NCBI RefSeq assembly: GCF_009914755.1
Contig: NC_060936.1
Direction: 5' to 3' (one strand)
Source: the human T2T-CHM13v2.0 reference genome, Homo sapiens
Length of the DNA stretch: 64,000 bases
Positions 14,653 through 31,988 of the stretch are shown piece by piece. Each line of letters opens with the position of its first letter. Positions within the stretch are counted from its first letter, which is position 1. A program made the position numbers and the translations under genes. The notes beneath the pieces were generated by a model. The model saw nothing but the letters and a program-made list of their open reading frames with translations, had not been told where the DNA came from and ran no database searches.

Positions 14653-17447
14653 ATAATGTATTTTTATATAAATGAGGAAAGATTAAAAGGGAAACCTGTA
14701 TATCCACAAAAATCTCACAGAACAATTTCAGATAAAACCCATATGGGCCTGAGAAGGATGGTTGTGGAACAGATGAAGTAAGAGCATATTGAGCTTCCCA
14801 TTGTATTCAAGGGAACATATGGATATTGAAAACCTCAGACACTAATTGGAAAAAAATTAACATTAGTCTTGGCCTCAAAAAGAGAAGAATAAACATGGCT
14901 TTTATTACATTTAAACTAAAAAATGAAATATTCTATCTATATCCAATGGAGCCTAGAAAAACAAAAAAAAGGGGGAAAAACACGGAGTGTTTCATAGATA
15001 ATACAAAATATGCCAATAGAAATCAGTTTTAGTATAACTAAAGGAAATATGATCTATAAATTCAAAGATCAGAAGTCAATCTGGCTGGATCTAAATATAA
15101 TATTCAGTAATATTTTGGATAATGAAGACATACTTAAAATGATGCAAAAATGTTGAAAATAATGGGATAGAAAAAGATTTTCCAGGCAACTAGGAACCAT
15201 GTGCTTAAAGTAAAACAAAACAAAAAAGTTTCAAAAAAGACAAAGAAGATCATTAGATCCAGAATTTACAGAGGCCAAGAATGCAATGATTTGGAAGGTA
15301 GACTAAAAGAAAAGAGCAAATAAATAAGAGCCAGTGATGCTCTTGTAGGAGGGAAAGGAATGGGATCGAGATTTTTATCTATTGGAAAAAATGGTATAAA
15401 TCAGATGGATGTACATGAACTAATGGTGATACATGCCATGGCCAATTATGTCCACTGATGTTCAAAAGAAGCAAAATAAAGCAAGGTGATGGGAAGGGGG
15501 GATATGTACTTAGAAGGCTATGGGGCTAATTAGGAAGCCCTTGGATTGTTATGAAGCTTGCCGTATTATTTGTCTAACATACTGATGCAGAGATATCCTA
15601 ATAACTACTTAAGGGAGTTATATAAATGAGTGAATAAGAGCAAGGACGTTGGTGTCAATGAGACATGGGTTGAAGTTCTTACTATATCTTGTGTTTGTGG
15701 TCTTGGGGGAACTGCTTAATTCAAGCTTTGGTTCTTCCTTTTTAAACATCACATTATAGGGATGATATGAGGATGAAATGAAATAATGCATGTAAACTGT
15801 TTAGCATAGTGCTTGCCATGTGATACTGTCAAGAAAAGAGCATGTTTGGAACAATTTTCAGGTCTCTTTAATTTCTCTGACAATGCCTATTATCATTATT
15901 TTCACTTCACTGCATATGTAATTCTGGGTCATAACTTTATTCCTCAAAACTGTCTTGCTGTTTTCCCATTGTCTTAGAAATTTACAGTTGCAGAAAAGGA
16001 TGAAAGATGCCAGATTTATTTTTAGGACACCTGTTTCCTCAGTTTGGATTAAAAACATATATTTTCTATGTCTTTGAATTCCAAAAATTTTGCTGAAATT
16101 CATGTAAGTATGGGTGCTTTTATCAGTAGTTTAATCTCAAACATGTGTGACCTTTCAATCTACCTATGGAGTTCTTTCTTTAGCTCAGAAAAAAGTTTAT
16201 TATATTTTTGTTCAGTGCTTTGTTTGGTTCCATTTTTATCCAGGTTTTCTAACATAAATGTTTGTTTTTTACAAATATTTCGTGAGCAGTATAGAATACA
16301 GTTTCTTCTTTGTGTGTGCACGTATGTGTATGTGTATGAAATCAGCCTTTTTAATTACACTTATCTTCTATGTTCATGTTTGTTTTTGACCATTTGATAT
16401 TTGCCTTCCAAAATTTTAATTAGCTCTCTCTAAATTTGATAACTTGTTTCTTCACTAAGAAACAATTTTTCTACCTTTTTCCAATACTTGAATTATTAAG
16501 TAAATGTTGATGTCACTAAGACATATTGAAAGATAAATAAGCCAAATGCTTTTGAATTGTGATCTATTTAAGAATGTGTCAATATTAAGTTTTCTATACT
16601 ATTGTGATTTTGCCTATTTCTCCTATTAACAATATTTAATGAAATACGATTTAGGGCATAAAAGTATATGCTATCTTAATGATTTATCCTTTATCATGTT
16701 AAAATGTCACTCTTTAAAAACTATCTATTTGATATTTATTTTTAATGTTTCTGGTATTGAGTTTCGAATACCTAAACCTATTATGTTTGAATTTGTCTAA
16801 AATATGTTTGTCTGTCGTTTTTGGATTTTTGTGATGTTGTTTTAGCTTTGTTCTTTGTAATCAGCATACTCATGTAAACACCAAATTTTGTCTTTTGATT
16901 CAGTTTACAAGTCTTTTAACAAGGAATAATTATCCATTTTATACTTGAAAAGTTTTAAATAAATAGTGCACGTTCCTGTCATTTTGTCCTTTTTCTTTTT
17001 TGTTTCTCTATACTTGCCTCTATGTTGCCCCTTTAAAATTTTTATTTGTCTTGAAAAAAATTTTTTTTAAGTTACAGTATAGTACATGGTTTATTATCTT
17101 TTATGTCTTCCACTCTTTTGGAAAGTATAATTTTTGCAAAGTGGCTTCCTTTAAATTTTCAAACGTTATGTTTAATCTCTATTCAGCTCATTTTCAAAGT
17201 TGAGTAAAATATTTGAGTGGCTCCCTTTGAGATATGGTGTTTAACATGCTATAATTTTCTTCTATCTCTTCCTTCTACCTCCTTTTCAATATAACGTGGA
17301 ATTTTAAATGCAGATAATTTGTATAATATTGCATAATTTTACACTATACTTTTTAAATAAATGGACTGATATTAATTCTTTAAGTCTTAGCTCAGGTGTT
17401 GCCTCCCCCGCTTATGCCCCCTACTTCATAAAGTCTCTCATATTTCT

Positions 17448-20437
<2,990 letters not shown>

Positions 20438-23400
20438 CTATGTGGACTTAATCATGTCTTCCTCTTTGAATATTTTTCATGTGTTCTTTCCAGCATGTTC
20501 CCTATTGGCATCATAATTACTAGTGTAGACATATTGCTGGCATTGTAGAAGAGTCCTGTATATTTAAACTACCATCAGAAGTTTTATGTTGTTGAATAGA
20601 GGTCACATAACCCTGCTTTTTGGCTAATATTGATTTAACCTGGTAATTTAAATACATTCTTAGTATATGTTTATTCTAATTGAAACCTTTCCTTTCATCA
20701 TAGATGGGAGGTGAGGTATGGATAGAAGGAATTTCAAATGATTTGGATTTGGGTTTGATGTGTTAAGCTCACTTTCTGATTTATCTGCTCCACAAGTGAG
20801 ATGTTTTCCAAGGAAATCAAGCATGACGCTTGTGTCTTTTGATACCCTGTGCTCCGATTTCAAACATGATGCAGCTGATGCTGATGCCCCCATCACTGAG
20901 AACAAGAATTCTCTCCCTGAGGTTGTTAGCATTACTGGTACCACTCATGACTTTAGGCAAAATGCTTATTGATAATGTCATATTTTTACTCTTAAGGAAA
21001 CTAAACTCATTGATTTCTAGAATTTATCTAAATGATGCTACAAAGTTTCAAACCTATGTTTATCATAGATAAGAACATTTCATAAGAACAATTTCATTTC
21101 AAGTGTAAATAATATATCTGAGCAATGCAACTCCAAGCATTAAATTCAAATATCAGCAAAAATGTATACGTGTATACACCATACATGTTTGTAGATAATA
21201 AAGAAAAATAGACTGTGTCCTGCCACATCATATTTATTATGCAAGTTACTTGTAATATATTTAAGTACAAAAATGAAGCTTTGAGATAAAAATTTAAATA
21301 AATAAATACAAGGAAAAGTAGTAGAAAGTGAGTTTTTCTCAGCCACACTTTCCCAATTCCCCATTAACTTCAGTGGTATCAGTTAACTCCTCTTTCTTTC
21401 CCCACTGATCCCTACCAAACTTTAAGCCTTTGAAATTCTACTCTCCCCAAAGAAGGAGGCTATATCCTTTGCTTACCTGCTTCCCTTAGCTAGGTGAGAC
21501 AGGTTTTTCTTTATGTCTTTTGTTCACATACTAAATCTCAACTATATGGAGAGGCACTAGAGTTTTCACAGACATTTGCTTGCCTTAAAATTTTTGTAAC
21601 TTATGCCTTCTTTTGAAACTTTTTTTTTTTACAATAAAAGTGCATGAGACAACTTCAAATCACATCAAATCACATGGCTAATGATATATTAAATGTGGAA
21701 AGTTTTTATACCTACTTTCTCTTCTCCCCAAGAGGACACTCTGGGGACTATAAGGAAATATTCTGTTGAAAGGAAATAGTTAAAATTTTGCTTTAACATA
21801 TCCTTAGCAAGAGCAAGCCATTTATTCTCTTAAACTCAAAGGATAGTGTCCCTTGGGGACAGGGCCAGTCGGATTTGCTCTCCAATCCAATTCTTAGTGA
21901 AGAGCTTAGACTGAGAAGGCTGAGTAAATGTTGAAGGAATAATTTTTGCACAGCTTCACTGAAGAATGAAATGGTTGGGAGAAAGGATTAAATAATTTTA
22001 TAATGGTTCTTTACTCATTATTGCATCATGTCTTCCTATAAAAATATTTTCATACTTAAAGATAGTATACTTCTTTGTGGATAAAATATTTAAGTTCATA
22101 AATTCATGTATGTCATTTGAAAACCAAATTTGGAAGCACTGAAAAATTAAATATAAATATTAAATTTCTGCTTTGAACCCACATGGAGTAAGAGGGACTA
22201 GATTTACCCTCTCCCCACCCATGTGAACTAGAAAACAAGGTGAAATATATGAGAAACACTGAGGATCTGGCTCAGTGTTTGGTACTGATGGACAATGAAC
22301 ACTGAGAGATGAGAAACTAATGGTGTGAGTCCTATGATTGCCTCAGGTTACTGCCTTGATAGAGTTTCTAGGCCATGGTATAAGTAGAGAGAACCCAGGC
22401 AGAGCTTGGTGGACTGCCTGAGTTGGGGAGATGGAACTGGGACTATGGAGGGATAAAAATACCTGGAGTTCAGGGGACAGGATTCAGGAGGATAGCAGGT
22501 TGCATGGGGAGAAAAAAGTTTAAAGATCGTAGGAGTCCCATTTGAGTATTTGGCAGAGTATTGATAGGCATGTGTGTGAGAAAAATACCTGAGGCTGACA
22601 AAGAGCCAATTGAGAGTATCGGTGGGTAGAATGCCTAGCACTCTCATAGGATTGTGAATAATACCTACTGGTCAGACTCAAAAACCTTATAATTCACAGG
22701 GCACTGGGCAGAGAACTCAGAATGGTCTTGCCTCATTAGAAGGGACTAATTAAACTTAGGCTAAGTGCTGTTCTGATCTTACCTAGCACGTCTTAGAAGA
22801 AAGGCATGAAAGAATATTTTTAAGTAACTTAAGTGCATCCCAGAACAAAGTTTTAAAATATTTGTAGTAAAACAAAAATATCTAGTACCTGATATGATAA
22901 AATTTATAATGTTGGCATCAATCAAATATTACCAGGTATGCAAAGAAACAGAAATAATATGTTATATTACTGATTATCATATTTCTCTTCATAATACATA
23001 TTACCATATTTCTCTTCTTAATACTGAAGAGAAAAATCAATTAGTCAAAAGCAACCCAGAATTATCAGGCAATGACATTAAGACAGTTATTATCATTGTA
23101 TTCCATATATTTAAAAAGTTTGGTAGAGACCAGAAAGATACAGAATCATCCAAATTGGACTCCAAGAGAGTAAAACTACAATTTCTAAGATCAAAAATAC
23201 ACTGTATAGAATTATCAATTAGACATTACAGAGGAAAGATTAGTGAACTTGAGGACATAGCAATAGAAACTATCCAAAATGAAATACAGGGATAAACTGT
23301 ATGAAATAAATAAAGCATCATTGAACAATGAGACAATTTCAAGAGACTGATATATGAGTAATTGAAGTTACTGAAATGGGAGAAACAGAACAAATACTTG

Positions 23401-23917
23401 AAGATATATGGCTGAAAAGTTTCCAAATTGGATGAAAACTGTAACTATACACATCTACAAAACACAATGAATCCTAAGCACAGAAGTATAAAGAAAACTA
23501 AACCTGGACATATTATAATGAAATTGCTCAACATCAGTGATAAAGAGAAAATTCTAAAAGCAGCTGTAGGAAAAAAAGATGTTACATAGAAAGGAAAATT
23601 TTAAGAATGACAGCAGATTTCTCTGAAAACAGTGCAAGTCAGTGGATCAACTGAAAGAACTGCAAGGAAAAATACACAAATCCACAGTGATATATCAAGA
23701 TTTCAATATACTGTCTCAATGTTTGATGCATAAGTCAGAAAAAATATGGAAGCCTTGAAAAATACTATCAACCAATTTGACCTGGTTGACATGTATGAAA
23801 TACCCACTACTGAACAACAGATAAACATTTTTCCCAAGTGCACACCAAACATTTACCCAAGTAGACCGTATTCTAGACCCCCAAATAAGTCTCAATAGAT
23901 ATATTGAGACTGCAAAA

Positions 23918-24204
23918 CTCATGCCTGTAATCCTAGCACTTTGGGAGGCTGAGGTAGGCGGATCACCTGAGGTTAGGAGTGCGAGACCAGCCTGGCCAAC
24001 ATGGTGAAACCTGGTCTGTACAAAAAATACACAAATTAGCTGGGTGTGGTGGCGCATGCCTGTAATCCCAGCAACTCTGGAGGGTGAGGCAGGAAAATCA
24101 CTTGAACTCGGGAGGCGGAGTTGCAGTGAGCTGAGATGGAGATCGCGCCACTGCACTACAGCCTGGGCGACAGAGTGAGACTTTGTCTCAAAAAAAAAAA
24201 AAAA
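23918..24204 (+). mobile_element. AluSx-like, missing its first ~15 nt
   Basis: CTCATGCCTGTAATCC...GGATCACCTGAGG...GAGACTTTGTCTC followed by A15. No TSD seen. Confidence 0.93.
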
Positions 24205-25117
24205 GTTATATGTGAAATTCCCAGATATTTAGAAATCAAATAATGGACTTCTGAATAATTCAGAGGTCAAGGAAGAAATAAAAAGTGAAATTAGAAATTA
24301 TTTGAATTGAATGAAAATGAAAATAGAACATATAACAATTAAATGCTACCACCTTAAGAAACTAGAAAAAAAAAAGAACTAATTAAACCCAAGGTAAGGA
24401 GAAGAAATAATATAATAAAAGTCACAGTGGGAATCAATCATTGAAATAGGAAACTTAAAAACAATAGAGAAAAAGTAAGTGAAAGCAAAAACTGGTTCTT
24501 TGAGAAGACAAAGAAAATTGATAAACCTTTGGTCCAAGTGATTAAGAAAAAGGGAAGAAGAGACAAATTACCTATATCAAGAATAAGAGCGATAACATGA
24601 CTCCAGATTTTATAAATATTAAAAAGATAACTTTATAGGAATAAAGTCAACATCTTAGATAAAATGGACAAATTCCATGTAAACCACACATTGTTAAAGC
24701 TCTCTCAAAAATAATTAGATAACTTGAATAGTCATAGTAAAGAAATTGAAGTTGTAATTAAAAATCTCTCCACAAAGAAAACTCAGGTCAGACATCTTAA
24801 CTAGTGAATTCTACCAAACATTTAAGAATGACATGAAAGAATTTTAAACAAGCTTTTCCAGAAAATTTAAGAGGAGAGAATACTTCCCAACTTATTCTAT
24901 GAGACTATTATTGTCCTGATTTCAAAATCAAACACATCACAAGGAAAGAAAACTGTACATCATTATTTCTTGTGAGCACAGACACAAATTTTTTTAAAAA
25001 GTTAAACAAATCAAATCTAACAATTTATAAAAAGAATAATACATTGTCACTAAGTAGAGTTTTCCAAGGAATGCCGTGTTGGTTTAACATCTCGAAATCA
25101 ATCATTGTGATTTATTT

Positions 25118-25251
25118 TGACCTCCTAGTCTCAAGGGTTTCTCCTGTATCAGCCTCCTGAGTGGCTGGGACTGCAGATGCATGTCACTACACCTGGCTAA
25201 TTAAAACAATTTTTTTTGTAGAGATGGAGTCTTTCTATGTTGCCTAGGCTA
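25118..25251 (-). mobile_element. AluJ internal fragment
   Basis: CAGCCTCCTGAGTGGCTGGGACTGCAG...TTGTAGAGATGGAGTCTTTCTATGTTGCCTAGGCT spans the inter-arm linker. Confidence 0.8.
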
Positions 25252-28231
25252 ATGTATTAATTAAAAACTATACAAGTATCTCAATAGATACAGAAAAACT
25301 TTTAACAAAATTCAACATTGATTCCTGATAAAAACTGTTATCCAAGTAGGAATAGAAGGCAGTTCCTCAATCTTCTAAAAGTCATCTACAAGAAACCATC
25401 AGCTGTTGTCATAATTGTGAAAAGCTGAATTATTTCTTCTCTAAAACCAGAAACAGTACGAACGTTTCCACTCTCACTATTCCTATTCAGTACTGTCCTA
25501 TAGGTTCTAGCCAATGTAATGAAAGAAGAAAAAGAAATAAAGATAGCTGGACTGTAAAGGAGGAGGTAAAACTGTCTTTAGTCACAATTGACATAATTGT
25601 CTATGTACAGATTTTGATGGGATCTACCAAAATAATTATTAGAACTAATATATGTTTAGCAAGTTTGTAGGACATAAGGTCAATACACAAGAATAATTGT
25701 ATTTCAGTATACTATAAACTAATGAGTAAGTATTAAAATTAAGAAAACATTGCCATTTACAGTAGCATCAAAATATAAAATACTTAAACATAAATCTAAC
25801 AATAATGTACAAAATTTGTACATTGAAAACGACATACTTACGATGAAATAAAGGAAAAAGATACCTAAATAAATGGTGAATTATACTATATTAAGGGGCT
25901 AGAAAACTCACTATTGTTAAGATGTCAATTCTCTTCTAATTGATTTGTAAATATAGTGTAATCCCAATCAAAATTTCAGTGTAGGCTATCTTTTTAGAAG
26001 TTGACAAACTGATTATAAAAGTGATTTGAAAATGGAGAAGACCTAGAATTGCTCAACACTATTAAAAAGAACACAATTGGTGGACTTAAATTCTTCCTGA
26101 TTTCAAGACTTAATATAAAGCTACAGTAACCGAGACAGTGTGGTGAAAGTGTCAAGATAGACATAGATCAATGGAGAAGAATAGAGTCCAGAAATAAATC
26201 CGTATATATATGAAGAATTAATTTTCAATATAAATGCAAAGGCAATCCAGTGAAAAGGGATAATGTTTTAAACAATGGTGCTGGAGCAATTGGATATACA
26301 TCTACAAAAAAGTAAAAAATAAAAAACAACAACAAAACAATTTTAATCCATACCACACACCAAAAAAAAAAAAGGATTATAATTTTAAATGGAAAACCTA
26401 CAACTATAAACCTGCTAAAAGAAAGCATAGGAGAAAATTTTTGTAGCTTTTAATTGAGCAAACATGTATTAGGTAAAGCACTTAAAGCAAAATCTACACA
26501 AGAAAATGTTAAGAAATTGGACTTCATAAACATTTAAAACTTCTGGTCTTTGACACGGTTAAAAAATGAATGAAAAGGCAAGCTACAGCCTGGCAGAACA
26601 TGTTTACAAATCATATTTTTCATAAAGGACTTGTATTCAGAATATATTTTAAAACTCAAAATTTAATAACAAGAAAAAAATTCAATAAAAAGAGGAAATC
26701 ATTTAAACAAACACTTCACTAAAGAAGATAATACAGATGGCAAATAAACGGATTCAAGGACTCTGGATATTATTAGTCCTTAGTGAAATATAAATAAAAA
26801 TCACAATAAGATTACAGTATGAGCCTATTAGAATGGCTAAAGTTAAAAAGACGGAACTTACTAAGTATCGACCACGATGTAGTAAGAATTCACTTTGGAA
26901 AACAATTTGGCAGTTTCATAGAAATTTAAAGTATATAGCTACCGTGAAATGCAGCCATTCCACTCCTAGGAATTTACCCCACAGAAAAGAAATCATGTGT
27001 CCAAATGTCTACATGAGGGTTTTTTTTTTTTTTTTTTTTTTTTACCGGCTTTATCTGTAATGAGAACAAACTAGAAACAACCTGAATGTTCACCAATAGG
27101 TAAATGGATAAACAAATTGTAGTATATTTATATAATACTACTCAGCAATATAACAGTATGAACTATTGATGAATACAAGAACATTTATGAACATGGGTGA
27201 TTCTGAGTTAATTGTGCTAAGGCAATAAAACCGGGCAAGGTAAAGTAGATACTATATATACTGGAGTAGTGTACCATATGATTTCATTTAGATAAATTTT
27301 TAGAATTAAAGTTAGCAAGTTAAATGTTGTTTTGATATAATATTAAATTTTTCAAATTTATGATGGATATGGAGAATCTCAATAGCTCCTTTGTAAAGAA
27401 ATGCATAATGCTTATCTCAATTCTTAATATTATAAGAATGAATTATTTGGGATTTTAGATCATTTTTAAACTGGCTTGCGAGAGTATTAAGTCTTTTGGG
27501 AATCTTTGACTAAAAATTAAGGAATGTGAAGTTCAAAATAGATTTTTCTTTTTAGTTTTCTCACAAAGACAGTTTATTCCTCTGACTTAAATTGGATGAT
27601 TGGCATAAAAGTATCAAGTAAGCTTCATGCAAGAAATTTTATAGAATATTATGACTTCAGAGAGCTACAGACATCAACGTTTATGATTTTTTCTTTCTGA
27701 TTTTTTTTTTTTCTGAAGGAAACACAATGAGGCAAATGTGATCTGCATAGCTCCACCCTTTGTGAACATCCTTGAGTTGGAAAAGTGCTGTGAGAGGCAC
27801 GTGTCAATCTTCAGAAGCTGAAGTGACTTGTCTAGGTAGGGAGCATGTTCTGACAATGGAGACCTCCCCTGGGGATGTTTGCAAAGTGAGAGTTCATTTT
27901 CACTCAGCCTCTGTATAATTTCTAAAATATTTTAAACCAGTTTTTATGTCATTTTGATTTTCAAATGAAGAATAGATTCAAACGTTTATGAGGAGTGAAC
28001 TCATTCCTGAATTTCCCAATATATCCCAATATGTGATTTCTTAGAGATCATCGAAGTGCCTCATACTTGAAACCTCCAAGAGGTCATCTTGGAATGCATT
28101 CTATACTAGCAGCTGTGTTTTCTGGTGAGGCCTTTGCACACATAGATTCTTCTTGAAGAAGTTTGAGATCAATAAGGCGGATTCACTATGATCCGTATCC
28201 TTTTACTCATCTTGTGAAATTTTCAAATTTT

Positions 28232-28369
28232 ATTTATTTATTTTACATTTTTTTAGAGACAATCTCACTATGTTGTCTAAGCTAGTCTAGAACTCCTGAC
28301 CTCAAGCAATCCTCCTGCCTCAGCCTCCTGAGTAACTGGGATTACAAGTGCAAGCCACCACGACTAGCT
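28232..28369 (-). mobile_element. FLAM_A-like free Alu monomer
   Basis: Single monomer with its own tail. TSD AAATTTTCAAATTTT (28217-28231) / AATTTTTCAAATTTT (28371-28385). Confidence 0.85.
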
Positions 28370-28545
28370 TAATTTTTCAAATTTTTGAATTTGTCAATAA
28401 ATTTTCCATTGGCATACCTTCACTTTATGTATGTATTTGTTTTAGACCTAAAATTGGTACAAAAAGCATCTGGGTAAGGAGTAAGCATGAAGAAAGATGT
28501 GTCAGAATTGGCAGTAAAGAAGAGCACAATGCAAAAATGTTTTTT

Positions 28546-28877
28546 TTTTCCCCCAAGGTTTATTTATTTATTTATTTTTATTTATTTATTTTTTGAGACG
28601 GAGTCTCGCTCTGTCACCCAGGCTGGAGGGCAGTGGCGCCATCTCAGCTCACTGCAACCTCTGCCTCCCAGATTGAAGAGATTCTCCTGCCTCAGCCTCG
28701 TGAGTAGCTGAGATTACAGGCACACGCCACCACTCCTGGCTAATTTTTGTATTTTTAGTAGAGACGGGATTTCACCATGTTGGTCAGGCTGGTCTCGAAC
28801 TCCTGACCTCAAGTGATCCACCCGGCCTCAGCCTCCCAAAGTGCTGGGATTACAGGCATGAGCCACAGCACCCGGCT
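28546..28877 (-). mobile_element. AluSz/Sx, full length
   Basis: Both arms, CTCAAGTGATCC, (TTTA)n tail. TSD AAAAATGTTTTTT (28533-28545) / AAAAATGTTCTTT (28878-28890). Confidence 0.94.
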
Positions 28878-31253
28878 AAAAATGTTCTTTAAAAATATGT
28901 ATACCTGTGTCTGTCCTCCTCACCTTCTGGAATAAAATTAAGGAGAAAAAATATCTATAATGTTGGGCTGCATTTAGGAAAAATGTATACAGCTAATAGA
29001 GATAGATGGTTTTTCCAAATACCAAATATACATGCTCCATCATTGGTATCTGACTTGTGGAGGCAGTAGCCAATTCAAAAGGGTGATCATTACAGTATTT
29101 AAATTCCAAACATAGTTCCAAATAAAAGGACAAATTCGGTAAGAGATAAGCTGGTGTTGGCCAAAAAGAAAAGACTCTCAATATGGCTTTGTGGATTGTG
29201 TTTTTAACAACACAAAGATTTCTTTAGCTCATGTTTAAGAAACAAATGATCAGCAGTTCTTTCTGGTGAGTTAGCAAAATGTCACATCTAAATTGATGCT
29301 GATAACTCCATACTTAATTGGATAGATTTGGTTAAATAATGTTCATAACAACAAGTTAGTCTTGAGCCAGCCATGGTAGTGGAAGTCACTCTCACTCACT
29401 AATTATTGTTGTTGCTATCAATGAGACCCTTTTTTCTAAGACTATTAAAGGGAAAGAAAGAAGATGGTTGATAGTCACAGAAAGAGTGTTTTCCTCCACT
29501 TCAGTTTTACCAGTTTCAGTTTTGTAGAATTAGAGCAGCATGTGTAATTGCGCTTTTTGCCATTCATCTGAGTAAACTTCCACAATTGTACAAATAGAGA
29601 TCATAGAACACATCTTTAAAGCTAATTAAATCAACATGATGGGCTCCTACAGCTGCTTAGATTGTGTCTGTGGCTTTCCAGTACGTAAAACAAATGTGTG
29701 GCCATGGAATAATAAACTTCTTGCTTTCCTACCAAAGTAACTTCCCTCCTCTACAAATCTTTACTTACTGACCATCAAGCACATTTTCCTCTATTTTTGT
29801 TCTATATTATGGCCCACATTTTACACATTTTAAATAACAAGTTTTAGTAGGGCAACTTTTTTTTTTTCCTGAATACTCTTTTATTTACTTTGATACAATA
29901 ACAGCTTAATTATTATATAGTAAGTGGAATAAGTCTTTTCTGCTAAAACTATGAGCTGAAGAAAGAATATGATTTCTATAGCATTGTTAATATTTAAATT
30001 GTTTTCATATCAGCTATCAATAGCCAAAGCACCAAAGTTTATTTTATGTTTATTATTTTATTATCTCCACTATGATCCTATGAGGCATTATTACCCTCAG
30101 TTATCAAAAGATGAAGCTGAAGAAAAAAAGGTGGAGTGATTCAGGGAAGGGAGAACTGAGATTAATGTCCAGTTCTTTTGATTTCCACCTTAGCTTTCTT
30201 TGCATCCAAGTAGAATATTGGCTTTGGAAAATAATTGGGGCCTTTTAATTGAGAGAATGGACTACATTCTACTGGCTTTAAATAATTCCTTTTCATATTT
30301 ATTGGCTAGATATCTGTGAGCAAATTGTGGTCATGTCCTTTTTTTCTTTTTTGCTGACAAGGAAATTTTCTTCCTTACTACTAAAGAAGGAAGTTTGGCG
30401 CATTTTGACTTATTTCTTTCAGAAATAAAAATATCTCTCAGTTAGGCACATGTAACACTTGATTTCTTCACTCCTCTCCCAGAAAGTAGGGCAGTGAGGA
30501 CTCTTCATGTAACTAAAGGCAGGACAATTTTCATGTGCTAGATAAAAGATAAGTTGTAAACCACTTTTGGTAAACTCTTTTTGTCCTTTTTGGGATATTG
30601 TTCTGTAACCATGCATACATAACACATTACATATACACGTGTGCTCACAGACACTTGCCAGATAGAGCTGGGGTGGAGCACAAGCCTCAAGTTTCATGGA
30701 AGTGTTTTCTGTTTTGGAGCAGAGAAGTGTTCTTCTAAGCCATCTGGCTCCTATTAGTGCAGGTTCTGCTGTCAGCATTTACTTAAATAGGGAGAGGCCC
30801 TGTCTATGTCACCCTCGGGAGGATCACTATTTCATGGCTAGATTGGTTTAAGTTTTTATTTATCTACCAGGACAAAATGGTAACACAAATAAATGCCTTA
30901 TGAGATATTTTCAGAGTTTAGTCATAGTCTCTTAAATATAACTCCATTGTTCATTTCCACCATAGTCTTTATAAACTAAAGCAATCTTAGTAGACCTTCA
31001 AATAATATTTGAAAAACATCTTCTCCAATTATATCTAGGAATATCTTTAGCCAAATCCCGATGCACATTTCCTACATAATGTATCTATACACAAAATATG
31101 TATAGATATATATAGCAACATGGGACAAGTCATGACGATCCACATGACCACTGGAGAATGTAACTCTTTAAAATATTCTGTTCCGATTTTCCGTTTGTTT
31201 TGTTAGAACTAGTACATTTTGCAATTCTGTTACCATCATTATAAGAAATAATA

Positions 31254-31500
31254 TGTGTGGTAATTAAGAACTTGGACTCAGGAAACAGACAGTCTGGGTT
31301 TGAATCCTAGCTGTACCACTTCCCTGCTGTGTGATCTTGAACATGTCACTGTACCTATCTGTGCCTTTATCTGTAAAATTGATATCCTAATAATAGCTAC
31401 CTCATATGTACTTGTGAAGATTAAGCAAATTAATATACATTTACTGCTTAAATAGTGTCTGGTACATGAGTGCTCACTAATTGCAAACTGCTATTTTATT
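31254..31500 (+). mobile_element. MIR, near full length
   Basis: GGTAATTAAGAAC...CTGGGTTTGAATCCTAGCT...TGTGTGATCTTG...ATCTGTAAAAT...ACCTCATA. Confidence 0.8.
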
Positions 31501-31942
31501 ACAAGAGAATATAAAAAATGATCTTAATGTGCTCTTTGTATTTAATACTATTTCACCAAAGGTAATTTTAACTTAATAATTGTTAGAGTTACAAAGTATT
31601 TTCCATCTATGTATTAAAAAAAAAAAAGACATGCAATTTCTTCTTAAGGCAACTCCAGTAATTGGATATTTCGAGACCAAGAAGGAAATAAGGTTACTTT
31701 ATAACTAGACCCATTGGGGTTAGATGTAAATTCATTTCAAATTCTTTCAGAAAATTCTACTTTCTCTCTTTTAGTTATCCTTTTCATCCTTCTAAAACAA
31801 TATTCCCTTAGGGGGTAGGGGGAATAACTTTAATCGCTATCTTCTCTGCTCCCTTACCCCAATTTTATTTGGCCAGCAAAAGTCTCCCGGGAATCTCAGT
31901 CAATACCAGTCTCTCTCCCTTTCTCTCTGTTTTTCATGCTTC

Positions 31943-31946
<4 letters not shown>

Positions 31947-31980
<34 letters not shown>

Positions 31981-31988
31981 GTCTCTCT
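31947..31988. repeat. (CT)n microsatellite
   Basis: TC run of about 14 units plus a degenerate extension. Confidence 0.93.

Larger units (their letters stand above)
22165..27310 (+). mobile_element. Ancient near-full-span L1 (L1MD/L1ME class) with internal deletions
   Basis: L1M-type 5' end (GGAGTAAGAGGGACTAGATTTACCCTC), ORF1 remnant (KISELEDIAIETIQNEIQ in ORF 22894-23295), decayed ORF2 (AAAATGGACAAATTCC, GAATTCTACCAAACATTTAAG) and L1M 3'UTR. Interrupted by two Alu pieces. Confidence 0.85.

Noticed and set aside
22894-23295. 133-aa ORF as a host gene
   Set aside because: Lies within the ancient L1, and its C-terminal part is an ORF1p remnant.
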